Assembly: GCA_030704615.1 (NCBI GenBank)
Contig: CM060731.1
Location: 17,422,001 to 17,486,000 of the forward strand
From: Takakia lepidozioides
Lineage: Eukaryota; Plantae; Bryophyta
Direction: 5' to 3'
Length of the DNA stretch: 64,000 nucleotides
Shown: piece by piece, positions 37,653 to 49,534 of the stretch
Layout: each line of letters begins with the position of its first letter
Position numbering within the stretch: the first letter of the stretch is position 1
Made by a program: the position numbers and the translations under genes
The notes under the pieces: generated by a model
The model's database searches: none
What the model was told of the DNA's origin: nothing
The model's input: the letters and a program-made list of their open reading frames with translations, nothing else

Positions 37653-40600
37653 AGTTCTTGCGATTGATGCAGGTGCAGGTGCCCTTAGCCATTGGGACAT
37701 GACAATTTAAGCCGCAACAGGTGCCCACCCGTGTCACTGTTGGAGTTAGCTATAAGCCTTATGTGTCCACGTGGACATGTTTGGATAACAACGGGCATCA
37801 TGGAGTTGCCAGAGGGTTCAGAAGGATAGACCAACACTAGCACCAGTACTGTCAGTGGGTTCACGAGGCGAGGTGTTCGGTTCAGACCACCTTCACCCAC
37901 ACCTTCATCTGGTGCAGAAGTCTGACATAAGACTCGGATGCTTCATCACCAAGTGTGCAGTTTCATTTGCCATTGTTGTGGGACGACATGGAAGAGATGT
38001 ATGGAGCTACCAAGGGGCCTCGCAGGTACTCTGGAGCTATGGGCACAATCGAGCTGGATGACTTTATCCAGGAGTTCGATAGCTGGTGTGATTTGCAGCA
38101 GATGCGCAATCCACAGCTGTTCACCCCATTCATGGCGTGGAAGGGGACTGGTTCCAGCATTTGGAAGGCCTGCTTATGGACGATTACCACAAGTTCAGGC
38201 GAGGACATGAAGCAGGGATTGAGGAATGGAGGATGTATTGGTCACCTGACTACGTCTCCATTACTCGAGGACGACGCGACCAGCAGCTGTATCAGCAAAC
38301 AAATCTCTAACTGCAATCACTAGTAGTGGGACAAGTGGTACAGGTTCTGGGAAATCCACTCAAGCTCCTGTTGCAACACCAGCACTCGTTCTTGTCCTCA
38401 ACCCAGTGGTGGAGTTTTTCCAGGAGTTAAGGAGGAACTACTAAGGAGTACGGACAAGAACTGCGAAGTTTGCAAAGACTTCCAGCGCAAATCCAGTGAG
38501 AGCTTGCAAAGAGGCCTACACTCGTATGAGCGCTCTGATAAGTGTGACCCAAGGGGTTACTGAAGCTCAGCAGTCCAGTTCTGGTATGGAATTTGGACAA
38601 GGAGCTTAGGAGAAGGGTGCTGGATGCAACCCTGTTACAAGCGTCCCAACCCACATTAGCAGATATGTTTCTGCTGGCTGAGCGGATTGAGCTGAACATG
38701 GTGGATGAGCAAGTTGTTACCATTGGATTTGGCAAGGACATACCTGCACGAGACGCCGCTGCTAGCCAACAGGCACAAGGGACTGCCCAACAGCATGGTC
38801 AGGGGGGCAAGGTTGCCCACCCCAAATTCCATGGAGCTTACAGGGACCTCAAGTGTAAAGTCTAATGCTTCTTTTGCAGGCCAACAGCATAGGGGTGGTA
38901 TGTTGGACATGTGGAGGACCCCATGTCAAGAAAGATTGCCCAGAGAGTGGCAAAGGGTTGGCACAATCACAGCCTGCACGGTTGCAATGTGGGCATTGTG
39001 GCAAGTATGGGCATGAAGTTATGACTTGCACCCAGTGTTATGACTTGCCACCTGAGTTGTTGCGAGGCCAGTTCCAAGGGAACAATGATGGCCGAACGCG
39101 AGGTGGAGCACCTTAGAGAGGACGAGGTGGTCAGGCACAAGGTGCAAGACGAGGGCAAGCATAGTATGGCCAAGGACGTGGAGGTCAGGGCGTTGATGAA
39201 GGCATGGCCCACCGGCTTCAGCACTAGAGCAGGGCTTGCTGCCGATGACCACAGCTCAGGTGGGTACCAGCTCCAAGACTGAGGGTCCCCTCCTGTTCTT
39301 CCTCAGCAGTGTCATCCTGACGGAGGAGACATGGGAGACATGGGTTTCATGTGTGGGGCAGCACTATCACTAGTGCAGGTGGAGTTTGCCGCAGCCGTCA
39401 TTCAAGAAGCAGCACGAATTCCTGAGCCACGAGGTGCAGAGGTGGAGTTGGATCCACAGCATGGGGAGGCAAGCCGTCAGACTAGGTTGCCTCAATCATT
39501 CATCTGGCGGAGACAGTGTCGACATCATCCATGGCACCTAGTTCTCTCGCCCGACGGATACCGAAGAAGCAAGAGGCCGTTATTGCGCCATTGGGGAGAC
39601 TACACGTGACAGCACTGACACATGCCTGGCCAAGGCTAGTGCAAGCCATGTTGTTGTTGTTGACGGCCACCTCTGTTTGTCCAGTCCCCACTGTTGTCGG
39701 CAACCATGATTGCGATGCCGAGGGTAATACCAGCTGCAGTGTTCAGACTAGCAGCACCACTCTGTGAGAGTGGGGAGGTCACTTCATCTTCCACGGAGTT
39801 AGTGAAATGTGTAGTGGCAGAGGGATCCTCGGATTTGAGGGTCAAGACTGCCACTGCTGTGCCATGGCAAACTGCAGCTGCCAGTTTGACGGGCTGCCAG
39901 CTAGGTCAACATTTGAGCGCGCCATGGTTTACCCTGGAGTTTGTCTTGTTAGATCAACCATGATGACATTTTCTCTTTGAGTAGACCGGCAGGCAAGAGG
40001 TACCGGCCACTCGGGGGTCTTGTTGAACTCGGGAGCTCAGCCATTGATATTGGGCAGGAACTGCTATTGTAGGTTTTGGCCCTCACGGAAGCGGATATGG
40101 AGCCCTGTCCTTTCCAGATACATATTTCTCTGGGAGGATCATAGCAGGCTCGGGGCATGACACGACATGAGTTGGCCATTAGACTACAGCCGGATCATCC
40201 TATAGATGGCTCAGTGATGCGAGCCAAGGCCATTGTGACAGACGCGGTCCTCTTACCGCTGTCCTCGTGGGTGGGCAGTGTTGTATCCCATGGGCTTCAT
40301 GCACCCTGGATTTTTGGAAGAGTCAGCATCCTACAGGCCACTGGATGGCAGTCAGGGATGGTCGTCGTGTACAGCTCCCTGTGTGATATCATTGGGGGTG
40401 TTGCTGTGCCCAGCGGGGCAAGATGCAAACCTAGCCCCTTCACAGCTGCAGTTAGTTGGCCTGGAGAGTTGCTGGAGGGCAATGCCTATGCAGAGAATGT
40501 GCCACCTCCAACAGAGCAGGATGACATGCATGGTACGGCGGAGTTTCTTCCATGGTTGCTCACACTCCATTGTGGGGTATGAGCAAGGATTGCAGCAGGC

Positions 40601-40742
40601 TGCTGATAGAACGGTGCATCAAGCCTGGGTAGAGACCTTTGTACAATCAGGAGAGGAGGAGAGTGCGGTGATTGCACCGGGACCACCTCAGTTGTCGCCA
40701 TTGGACACCACACCTCTTGTGTGGCAGTGCCCGGATGAAGAC

Positions 40743-41690
40743 ATATGCTTTCTGAACTTGTTTGGCGGGATCAAGCACTGTTGGCTGCAGTGCTGCAAAG
40801 GCAGGTGTACGAGTTCGACGTTACCTATATGTGGAGAGGGATTAGATGGCACGACGCGTCTCACTGCGCCATGTTGCTGAGTTGGTGCAGCAGTACGCTG
40901 ATTTGTTGTCATTGTCTGCAGTTTGTGGATACCAACAAGCCTTGCCAGCAGACATCTCTTTGCTAGGGGTGCATGATTTGGAGCGGGTTGGCTCTATTCA
41001 CTTGGTAGTGGCAGGTTGGCCGTGCCAAGGGCATTCATCAGCCGGGCATGACAAGGGGTTACAAGACTCAAGGTCACCCCTGTTTTGGGAGATGTTGAAG
41101 GTCCTGCGCTATGTACAGCTTCGGCATACAGACTCTCCGGCATATATCTTGGAGAATGTGCCATTGATGGGTGATTCTCGGGCCAAGGTGATGGCCAGTG
41201 TGCATCAAGTGCGGTCTTGGCTTGGTTAGCAGTGTTGCTGTTGCAGCTCAGTGGGGTCACGAACTCATCGCCCACGACTATGGTGGACCAACTTGATGCC
41301 ACATGCACTGCTCAAGCGTGCATTTGATGGGGTGCAACGGCCACCAAACCTCACGGTGGATAGCATTTTGGATATATGGAGGCAGTCTCAGCGTGTGAGA
41401 CATGATGATCGATCACCTTTGGCAGTGGTCAATAAGGTGGGCCACCCATGAGCAGCATTGCCTACATTGCTCAGCTTTCTAGGATCTCATGCTTTCCGGG
41501 ATGGTAGACCTGGCCTCTTGTAGGATAGCCAGTTGCACAGTTAGTGGAGCCCAATGCTGACGAGTGCGAGCGGACGATGGATTTTTACCCTGGTACCCAC
41601 GGCGTTGCCATCTCTTTCTCTGTCTTCATCATCACATCGTCAGTTGTTGGGGCAAGCAATGGATCTCATTGCTTGACTTGGATTATCAGC
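40743..41690 (+). pseudogene. DNMT3-like cytosine-5 DNA methyltransferase domain within gypsy pol (frameshifted)
   Basis: Ordered C5-MTase motifs: I 'ICFLNLFGGI', II 'RRYLYVERD', III 'PADIS', IV 'HLVVAGWPCQGHS' (PC at 41020-41025), V 'GLQDSRSPLFWEM', VI 'YILENV' (ENV at 41152-41160), VIII 'RTHRPRLWWTN', IX 'ECERTMDFYPGT', X 'QLLGQAMDL'. Confidence 0.9.
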
Positions 41691-44600
41691 TTGGCTATGG
41701 CTGACAGCGCAGCGAGTACGGAGTACACTTCCCTTGATGGTCTCTCTGCCTACCGAGATGGTACAGGCAACAAGTGGGGGCGAATAGGTGAGGACCACGA
41801 GGTGCAGGCCGCATCCATGGCACACGTGAGAGGTGCTCGAGGTTCAAAGGGAGTGGGCAGCCAAGGCGGCGGTGATGGATGAGGTTGGGGATTTTTCTCG
41901 GGTTGAGGAGTCATCAAGGATAGATGATGGGGCATGATGAGGCATTGTCACTGACAGAGCAGGCAGTGGTCACTGCTCAAGAGGTTGCAGCAATTGCAAC
42001 CACGGGACGCGTCTCTACCTCTAAGCCTGCTGGACTCAAGGTTACAGTCATCGGAGGACAACTATGAGCCTGATGTTGGACCCATAGTCCACCGGAGGAG
42101 AGAGACGATGCCTACGGAGTTCTTGGGGCTTACATGAACTAACTGATTGGTTGCCTTCAGTTTGAAGGACTTGGAGCACTGAAGGGTCAAGAGATTCACA
42201 TTGAATTGGCCACTGACACGCCAATCTTTCGGAGACCCTATAGATACAGTGACATGGAGAGGTCCTTGATTCAGATGAGGACTCGGGACCGCTAGGAGGC
42301 TGGTTTGGTGGAGCTTATCTGGTGGAGAGTATGCTTCAAGCCACAGTGATGCTAGCCAAGAAGATGTCTATGGCAATTGGACGGAGAGACGTATGTGCGG
42401 TGATTACCGGCCTGTAAATCGTCAGACCAAGTCTGATAGGTATGCCATGCCAACACCAGAGGAGATCTTTGATGCCATTGGGCATGCCAAGGTCTTTAGC
42501 ATTTTGGATTTACAATCCGGATATCACTAGTTGCCGATCAAGGAGGCGGATAAGCAGAAAACGACATTCTGGGGGATCAATGAGCATGGGAAGGATTGCC
42601 TATACCAGTGGCGGTTCTTACCATTTGGGCTTAAGAACGCTCCTACAGAGTTTCAGAGAGTCATGGACAGGATTCTAGCAGGGGTGGAGTTTGCTCGGTG
42701 CTACATAGATGACATCATCATCTTTAGTGCAACGATGGAAGAGCATGAGAGACACCTTTAGGTGGTATTTGAGCGCCTGAGGGCACACGGATTGAAGTTA
42801 CATCCGGGGAAGTGTAAGTTTTTCCACAACCAAATTCAGTATCTGGGTCACATGATATATCCTAGAGGATTGGGGGTACAGCAGACTAAGGTAGAGGCCA
42901 TTGCACAGATTCCACGCCCCACAGATGTGAGCCGAGTTTGAGCTTTCATGGGGTTGACAAACTATTATAGACGGGTTTGTCAAGGGATTTAGTGCCATTT
43001 CAAAGGCTCTGACCAAGCTGACCAAGGTGGACCAGGAGTGGCAGTGGGAAGATGAGCAAGAACAAGTTTTTCAAGAGCTCAAGGCGAGGTTGACCTCGGC
43101 GCCCATCTTGAGACGACCTATTAGGGGGCATCCTTTTCAGCTACATACAGATTGGAGCATGCTGGGGCTTGGAGCGATGCTCACACAGGTAGAGTTTGTA
43201 GTGGCTTATGTTAGCCGCTCGAACAACGCTGTAGAGGCTAAGTATAACTCATATGAGGGAGATTGCTTAGCTGCAGTGTGGGCCGTGGCACACTTCAGGT
43301 GCTATCTATACGACAATATCTTCACCCATGTCACGGATCACCAGCCACTCAAGTGGTTGATGGAGTCAGACAAGCTTACAGAAAAGCTTGTACGGTGGGC
43401 ACTCATACTCCAGGAATATGACTTTCAGGTGGTACATCGACCCGGTCTAGTCAATAGGGATGCAGATGGGTTGAGTCGCAATCCATGCACGAGCCAGCAG
43501 GATGACACTTGAGCTCGGTGGCATGGTGAGACGGATGAGGAGATGGTGCCCGGATGGCATGCATCTGCATTTCTGTGTATCTTGGCAGCGGAAAGCCAGG
43601 TTGGACCTACAACAGGAATGACTGTAGACCGAGTGTCTGAGGACCCTGAGGCCAGCAATGAGCAAGGTGGCGCCAAAGATATACATGAGGATTCAGTTGT
43701 GTTGGACTACCTCCGCACTGGAGACACGGCAGCCACTGTGACTGCCAATGAGAGGGATCGGATCCTACAACGAGCCAAGAGGTTCAAGTGGGAGGGGACA
43801 TACCTGCTCCGAGTGTAGGAGGATGGTCGAGTGAGGATTGTGCCTCACCCAACACAGCGGGCACGGTTAGTGCGGCATGCCCATGAGGAGTTGGGGCATT
43901 TTGGGGTGCGACGCACTCATAGTCTACTACAGGGGCAGTATTGGTGGCGTGGTATGCACACAGAGGTGCAACAATTTGTGGCTAGGTGCATGGTGTGTGA
44001 CAGGGTGTGTGCTTCATTCAATGCCCCTACACCACAATTGCACCCTCTTCCGATCATGGGATTAGGCTACAGGTGGAGTTTTGACTTCGCAGGGCCATTG
44101 CCACTGACCATGCCCCACAACAAGTACGTGTTGATGATGGTGGAGCACTTCTCCAAGTGGATCGAGTTGGTTCCATTGCCTGATAAGGCTAGTGAGGGAG
44201 CTGCGTATACATTCTTGGATCGTGTACTTAGCCGATTCGGTGCTCCAGCTGAGGTACTCACGGATCAAGGGAGAGAGTTCTTGGGGGAGTTTCAGGCGTT
44301 GTGTGACAAGGCCTTGATAGACCACCGCACCACTTCTCGAGATCATCCTGAGGCTGAGGGCTTGGCAGATAGGGTTGTGCAAACGATTAAGAGGGGTTTG
44401 CGCAAGTATGGCTTGCATAAGGGACACCTTGGAGATTGGGACCTTCAGCTATCCTGGTTAGCCATGGGCTACAGGTTCAGAAAGCAAGCATCACTTGCCT
44501 CGTTCTCGCCTTATTTCCTTCTCTTTGGCCGAGAGCCAAATTTGTCCGTGTCTTTTCGCAAAGAGGCTGCAGTAGTCCTCAATCTTGACGATCCGGACGT

Positions 44601-44978
44601 ATGGGCACGTGCATGTGGTCAGCACGCGAGTTGTTCAAGAAAGTCATGCCCATGGATTTCGAGAATCTTGCCATTGCACAACATCGTGATACGTTGAAGT
44701 ATGCTATTATACGTGGTGGGGGCTATTGTCCTGGGATTCGGAGATTTCACCCTAGTGACTATGTTTATCTGCAGCAGACTGCTCCAACGACCCTGGATGT
44801 GACTGCAGGAAGTGTTATTTTGAGGGTTCAAGAGGTATTGCCCTCAGGCGTCCTGATCTTAGAGGGTCGGGATGGCATGACTTGGAAGGACCATGTACGT
44901 AATTGCGCGCCATGTCACCTTCCGAATGTCGATGGCAGGATTGACCCCAACCTGGCAGTGGTACCTGCAAGTTTGAGG

Positions 44979-45113
44979 TGCATGTTGTGTGGGTCTGCTA
45001 GAGGGGCAGCCACCATGCTGGTGTGTGGTCGATGCTCTAGAGGTTGGCATATGGGATGCTTGACTCCACCTCTTGAGATGGTTCCTGATGGGGATTCGTT
45101 ATGTCCGCATTGC
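44979..45113 (+). other. PHD finger (Cys4-His-Cys3) at the integrase C-terminus
   Basis: CMLCGSARGAATMLVCGRCSRGWHMGCLTPPLEMVPDGDSLCPHC in ORF 44601-45122, in frame with the integrase C-terminal region. Confidence 0.9.
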
Positions 45114-45458
45114 ATTGGATAGTGGGAGTGGATACAACCATGGAATGCTAACAAGAAATGCAAGGCCAAGTTACTAGGAGACCAACACACGAGATCCTGG
45201 CTCAAGTTCATAGATTGCAAGATGGCGATGGGCTACTCTTGTACCCGGCCTCTTGGTCTATAGAGTTTGAGTACAATAGGGACAGTGATAGAGGACTTAG
45301 TACGGTTGTGGCTATTACATCTTGTAGCTATCTGGAGTTAGAGTGACCTAACCACCAGCTAGGGGGGCGATTGCGGCAGACTACTGTATTGTGCATATAT
45401 GTGTGGTGTGGTTTGGACAGCGTTGTAGTTATGTAGCGATACGTATGCGCACGACAGC

Positions 45459-45899
45459 TGTCAAGTTAAATAAACACAATGTGAAACTAACTAGAATAAA
45501 TCTAGCTATTTGTATTTAACACTTGGAATTAGTTCAAGTGTTAAGTCAGGTGTCAAGTTTAGCTTGAAACCTGAACCATCTTATCTTCACGAGCTCGTCA
45601 GTTGTGTGGCTCATCTCTCTTGAGTTGAGCCTGCACGACCGAGCTCCCTCGTTGCTTAGCATCTGAGTGTACTTATGGAGGGAGAGCAAGATGTTGTGGG
45701 GTGGAGTCCCTATAGCTTGGGGTGCCCCTGGCTCGACTCTTATGTTAACAAGTGAGTCTGTTGTATTTCGTGTTTGAGTGTCATCAGACAGTGTGAGTTT
45801 AGTTTTCATATCATTGTGGCAGACTACTGTATTGTGCATATATGTGTGGTGTGGTTTGGACAACGATGTAGTTGTGTAGCGATACGTATGCGCACGACA
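45459..45899 (+). repeat. 3' LTR of copy B (441 bp), preceded by an extra 85-bp copy of its own 3' end
   Basis: Termini TGTC...GACA. 45372-45456 is a near-identical direct repeat of 45815-45899. The start is homologous to 37652 read on the - strand. Confidence 0.72.
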
Positions 45900-46599
45900 A
45901 AGAAGTTCGCTCCTTAATCACCTAAGTAATTCAAGCAAAAAGTTCAAACATGCGCCCTAATTTACTTAGGGAATTTGCGCCACATGGAATATATAGAAAA
46001 AAATAGAAAATCTCAAATTTAGGAAAGTACCTCCCCAATAAATGATCATGAGGGAATTCCAAAGATGCACATAGCACCTTTATGAGAACAGGTGAACCCC
46101 CTGAGAACTCAATGGAGCGCCGGAAACCGCCCAGGATCCGCTCCCCGCAGTAGGGAACTATCGCACCCTCGTGGATGAATGATATCCGCGTCGTCCGGAT
46201 CCTCTGTCCGTTCATCCGCGCGCAAAACACACCTGTCGCCGGCCTAAGATCTTCCCACGGGTGGGGCCACCTTATTCCGCCACTACTAATATTAAATAAT
46301 CCACCCCCCAGCGCCTTTCCCTCCGGGAAATGGTCGTCTTTGGGGCTCTGACACGTGTGGCTCTGTTGCCAAAAAACGCGGCATAGTACTTCTATATGCC
46401 CCTTGTCTCTAGCCTATCCTCTCTAGTACTCACTGCTTTGGAGTCCGCTCTGTCCCTCTCACAGCTTACTGTTTAGGCCTCGCTGAGGGCTCTCTCTTCC
46501 CCAAAAACCACCGTTTCTCTACATCTAAATCTCTCAATCCACCCCTCTAAAACTTAAAGGGGTCAGCATAAATCGCAATAGTATAAGGTTGAGAACAAC

Positions 46600-47892
46600 C
46601 CCCTATACTGACAATGGTACCAATTTACTAGCTAATTTTGGAATAACCTATTTGGTCTTTTTAAAACCGGATTAGATATGTCGACAGCCTATCATCCAAA
46701 GTCAGATGGATAGACAGAGCGAGCAAACCGTACAATTGAAGACATGTTTTAGGCCTTTACGTTAGAAGATTAAGAAGAGTAGGATTGGTTACTATTTTTG
46801 GTAGAATTTTCATACAATAATTCGGTCAATGCGTCAACCAAAGAGACTAATTTTTTTTAATGTACAACGAACACCCAAAAATGCCAACAATTATTACAAA
46901 GTTCAAGTTGTCAAATGAAGAATTATCCAAAGTAGTCGCGACTAACGCATTTGTATAACGAATTCGACGAGGAATACTTCAAGCTAAAGTTGAAGCTGAT
47001 GATTGCCCAAAATCGTCAAAAGCAATAATATTATGCAGATGCACATCGACAAGATGAGAAGTTTACAGTCGGGGATATCAAGTGTAATTGTCTACAACCA
47101 ACTTACACATCATTGGATCGCGAAAACTAGGGGCACGGTTCATTGGCATTTTTTCGATCATTAAACATATTGGAATAGTAGCGTACAAGCTAGAGATACC
47201 ACCACATATGAAGATCCACCCGGTGTTGTATGTTTCTCTACTACGTTGTAACGAACTTTGACTGTCAATATTCAAAGATAGTTAAGAACCACAACTTTTT
47301 TAGAAATGATAGACGGAAATGAAGAGTGAGAAGTCGACCGAATTTTATAAAAACGCACATACAAACGAGGACGGCATGAGCTGTTGGAATATTTGGTTTT
47401 ATGGAATTGATTTCCATTACATGAAGCTACGTGGGAACCGATGCAAAATCTCACAAACGCTCAATTGACAATTCAAATTTTTGAAAATTCAAACAACGAG
47501 GACGTTGCTTCTTAAAATAGGGGAGGATTGTAACATGGTAAAATCTAGAAAGTTCTAGATGGAGGAGGAAAAGTTCCCTAGAAATTAACAAGATTTCTAT
47601 GAAATTTGATTTTAATATATTTATATTATAATAAGTAGGTCAAATACTCGATAAAATTCATAATGTGGAGAATATATCAATCCTCTAGGAAGATTGACTT
47701 GAGAATATGTCAAACCTAGGAAGGTTGACTTAAGAAAGTTTGACTTTAGGCTCTTCAGTCAAAACTTTAATAATATATTTAATATTATTGAGGGTATATA
47801 AACATGCAATGAAAGTCGAGAAGACATCGAGTTGTTTTGGGAAAAAAATTGGAGCCACTCAATTATAGTCTATGTAAATATTGGGTGTCACA
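46600..47892 (+). mobile_element. Chromovirus-type Ty3/gypsy 3' remnant: integrase C-terminus, chromodomain, PPT and LTR (47529-47892)
   Basis: Manual translation gives 'MSTAYHPKSDG*TERANRTIEDM', 'VEFSYNNSVNAST', 'VAYKLEIPPHMKIHPV' and chromodomain 'E*EVDRIL..EYLVLW..EATWEPMQNL'. PPT 'aaataggggagga' is followed by TGTAAC...GTCACA. Confidence 0.8.
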
Positions 47893-48899
47893 ATGTACAT
47901 CTATAATAGATAACACATATGACTATAAATGTCAGGACGTGTGATTCGAAGGGTTATAGAGTTGTTGGCTTCAAGGATTTTGATTTTGGATGGTCAAGAT
48001 GGCATGGTCAAAAAAACCATGTGCACAATAATTTTCCGTTATGTCATCTTCCATATGGGGATTGAAGGATAAATCTCCATATTACTATAGCACTTGCGAG
48101 GTCGTGTTGCATGTTATATGGACATGCTAGTGCTGTTGCAACCATGTTGGTATGTAACAAATGCTCATGAGGATGATGGAATTCGTGAAGGCAGCATGTG
48201 CACTATTGGCACACATATAGTCCCAAGAGTTCCACACCTTGAAGATAATGAGAAATTTGGTTCTTGTAAACGCAATCTCGACACTCCTCCTGGTTTTGAT
48301 GGTCGCTCCGGTCTCACAGGGAAAACTTCTCCACCCCCCCGTGTTGCATCACAAAAAGTACGCATTTCGACAATCATCCTTTGTAGGAGAATTGTTTTTA
48401 CAGCTCCCAGATCCATCATCCACGGATCTCTTGATCTCGTTGCAGCTCCCAACATCAATTCAGACCTATCAGGACCCTTTTCACCACCACTTAAGGACGT
48501 TCATACTGGGAAATTATTGTGTCCACGATGTCTTGGACAGAGGTAGTGGGCATGACGATGGTGAGACTGACAAGGAACCCAAGGTCTAGCTAGTAAGAGA
48601 CCCACGCCATGGAACAAAGTGAAAATCATGGATGGCAGGAAGACGGGGCTACTTTTGCACCCGGCCTTATCTGAAACCGTGGCATTGAAAATCAAGCACA
48701 AATGCAGTTGAGGTGGATAAAAATGTTACAAACATGCAATATCGATGATGATGATATTCCTGATCTTAACATTCTCTCAGATTCAAAAGATTCACATGAG
48801 ATAGGTGATGAGACTTATGAGGATGTAGTTGCATCAATGGAGGGCCCTTTGGAAGTTGTGTGGACATGAAATTTTAAATAGTAGGTATTTTTGCCATTT

Positions 48900-49075
48900 T
48901 TGGACTTTAAATAATACAATTTAGGCATTTTTCCACATATTTGGATATTTTTGTATTTTTCATAATTTTCGAGCAATTAGACACTTTTTAGGCACATTTT
49001 CCAAAAATGTACTAAATTTAATTAGGCACTTGATTTTGAATTAATTATTGCCTAATAAGCTAGGTAAGTACGGTA
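48900..49075. mobile_element. Possible TIR DNA-transposon end with TTAGGCA subterminal repeats
   Basis: 'ttaggca' at ~48921, 48988 and 49022. The terminus-like 'gcctaataagctaggtaagtacggta' (49050-49075) recurs in split form at 56113-56213. 'tgcctaa' repeats occur at 50667-50727. Confidence 0.4.
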
Positions 49076-49534
49076 TTGAACTCAAGATGGTTTTTGTTTA
49101 TGTTTTACAATTTTAAGAAAAGGGGAACGAAGCCCTGGAGTCAAAAATAACAGAGTCATAGAGCCATGAGCACAAATTTGAAAGTTCTCGGCACATTCTC
49201 ATTTAGCCATAATATGCCTCTCATTTTACAATAATTGGGACGTTATGGCGCACGCGCGAGCTGACCGGTGGGCCCCGCGCACGGACGCCCGGCACCCCCC
49301 CCGGACCCCCCCCCCCGCCCGCCGCTGCGTCTGAGGAGATCAAACACACACGGACCGACTCCAACGAGACTGAGACGGTGAAGAGAAGAGTGGATCGGAC
49401 AGTCACTGTCGCACTATCTGAGCCAGTTCTGCAAGTAACCTCCACTAGACAGTCAAGGTTGCCATCTGGTGCCACAGAGATGGAGGATACTGAAAGACGA
49501 GGAGCATCTGAAAAGACTTTGCTTGCATATGCAA

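Larger units (their letters stand above)
37653..45899 (+). mobile_element. DNMT-gypsy family copy B: gag-PR-DNMT3-like MTase-RT-RNaseH-INT-PHD, PPT and 3' LTR (decayed, 5' LTR missing)
   Basis: gag ~37850-39100 with knuckles CWTCGGPHVKKDC and CGHCGKYGHEVMTC. Protease ~40000-40340. MTase 40743-41690. RT 'LPFGLKNAPTEFQRVMD..CYIDDIIIFS' (~42240-42880). RNase H 43027-43512. Integrase HHCC plus 'SFDFAGPL', 'TDQGREF' (43831-44600). PHD 44979-45113. PPT aggggggcga at 45361. Confidence 0.93.

Noticed and set aside
40743-41690. Host DNMT3/DRM gene or bacterial Dcm contamination
   Set aside because: The domain is intronless, collinear with gypsy pol, decayed like its flanks, and its remnant lies at the same position in a second copy. 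The motif order is not DRM-permuted.
48094-48870. Possible transposase remnant next to TIR-like repeats
   Set aside because: No DDE or other family motif recognisable by eye; it needs a translated search.
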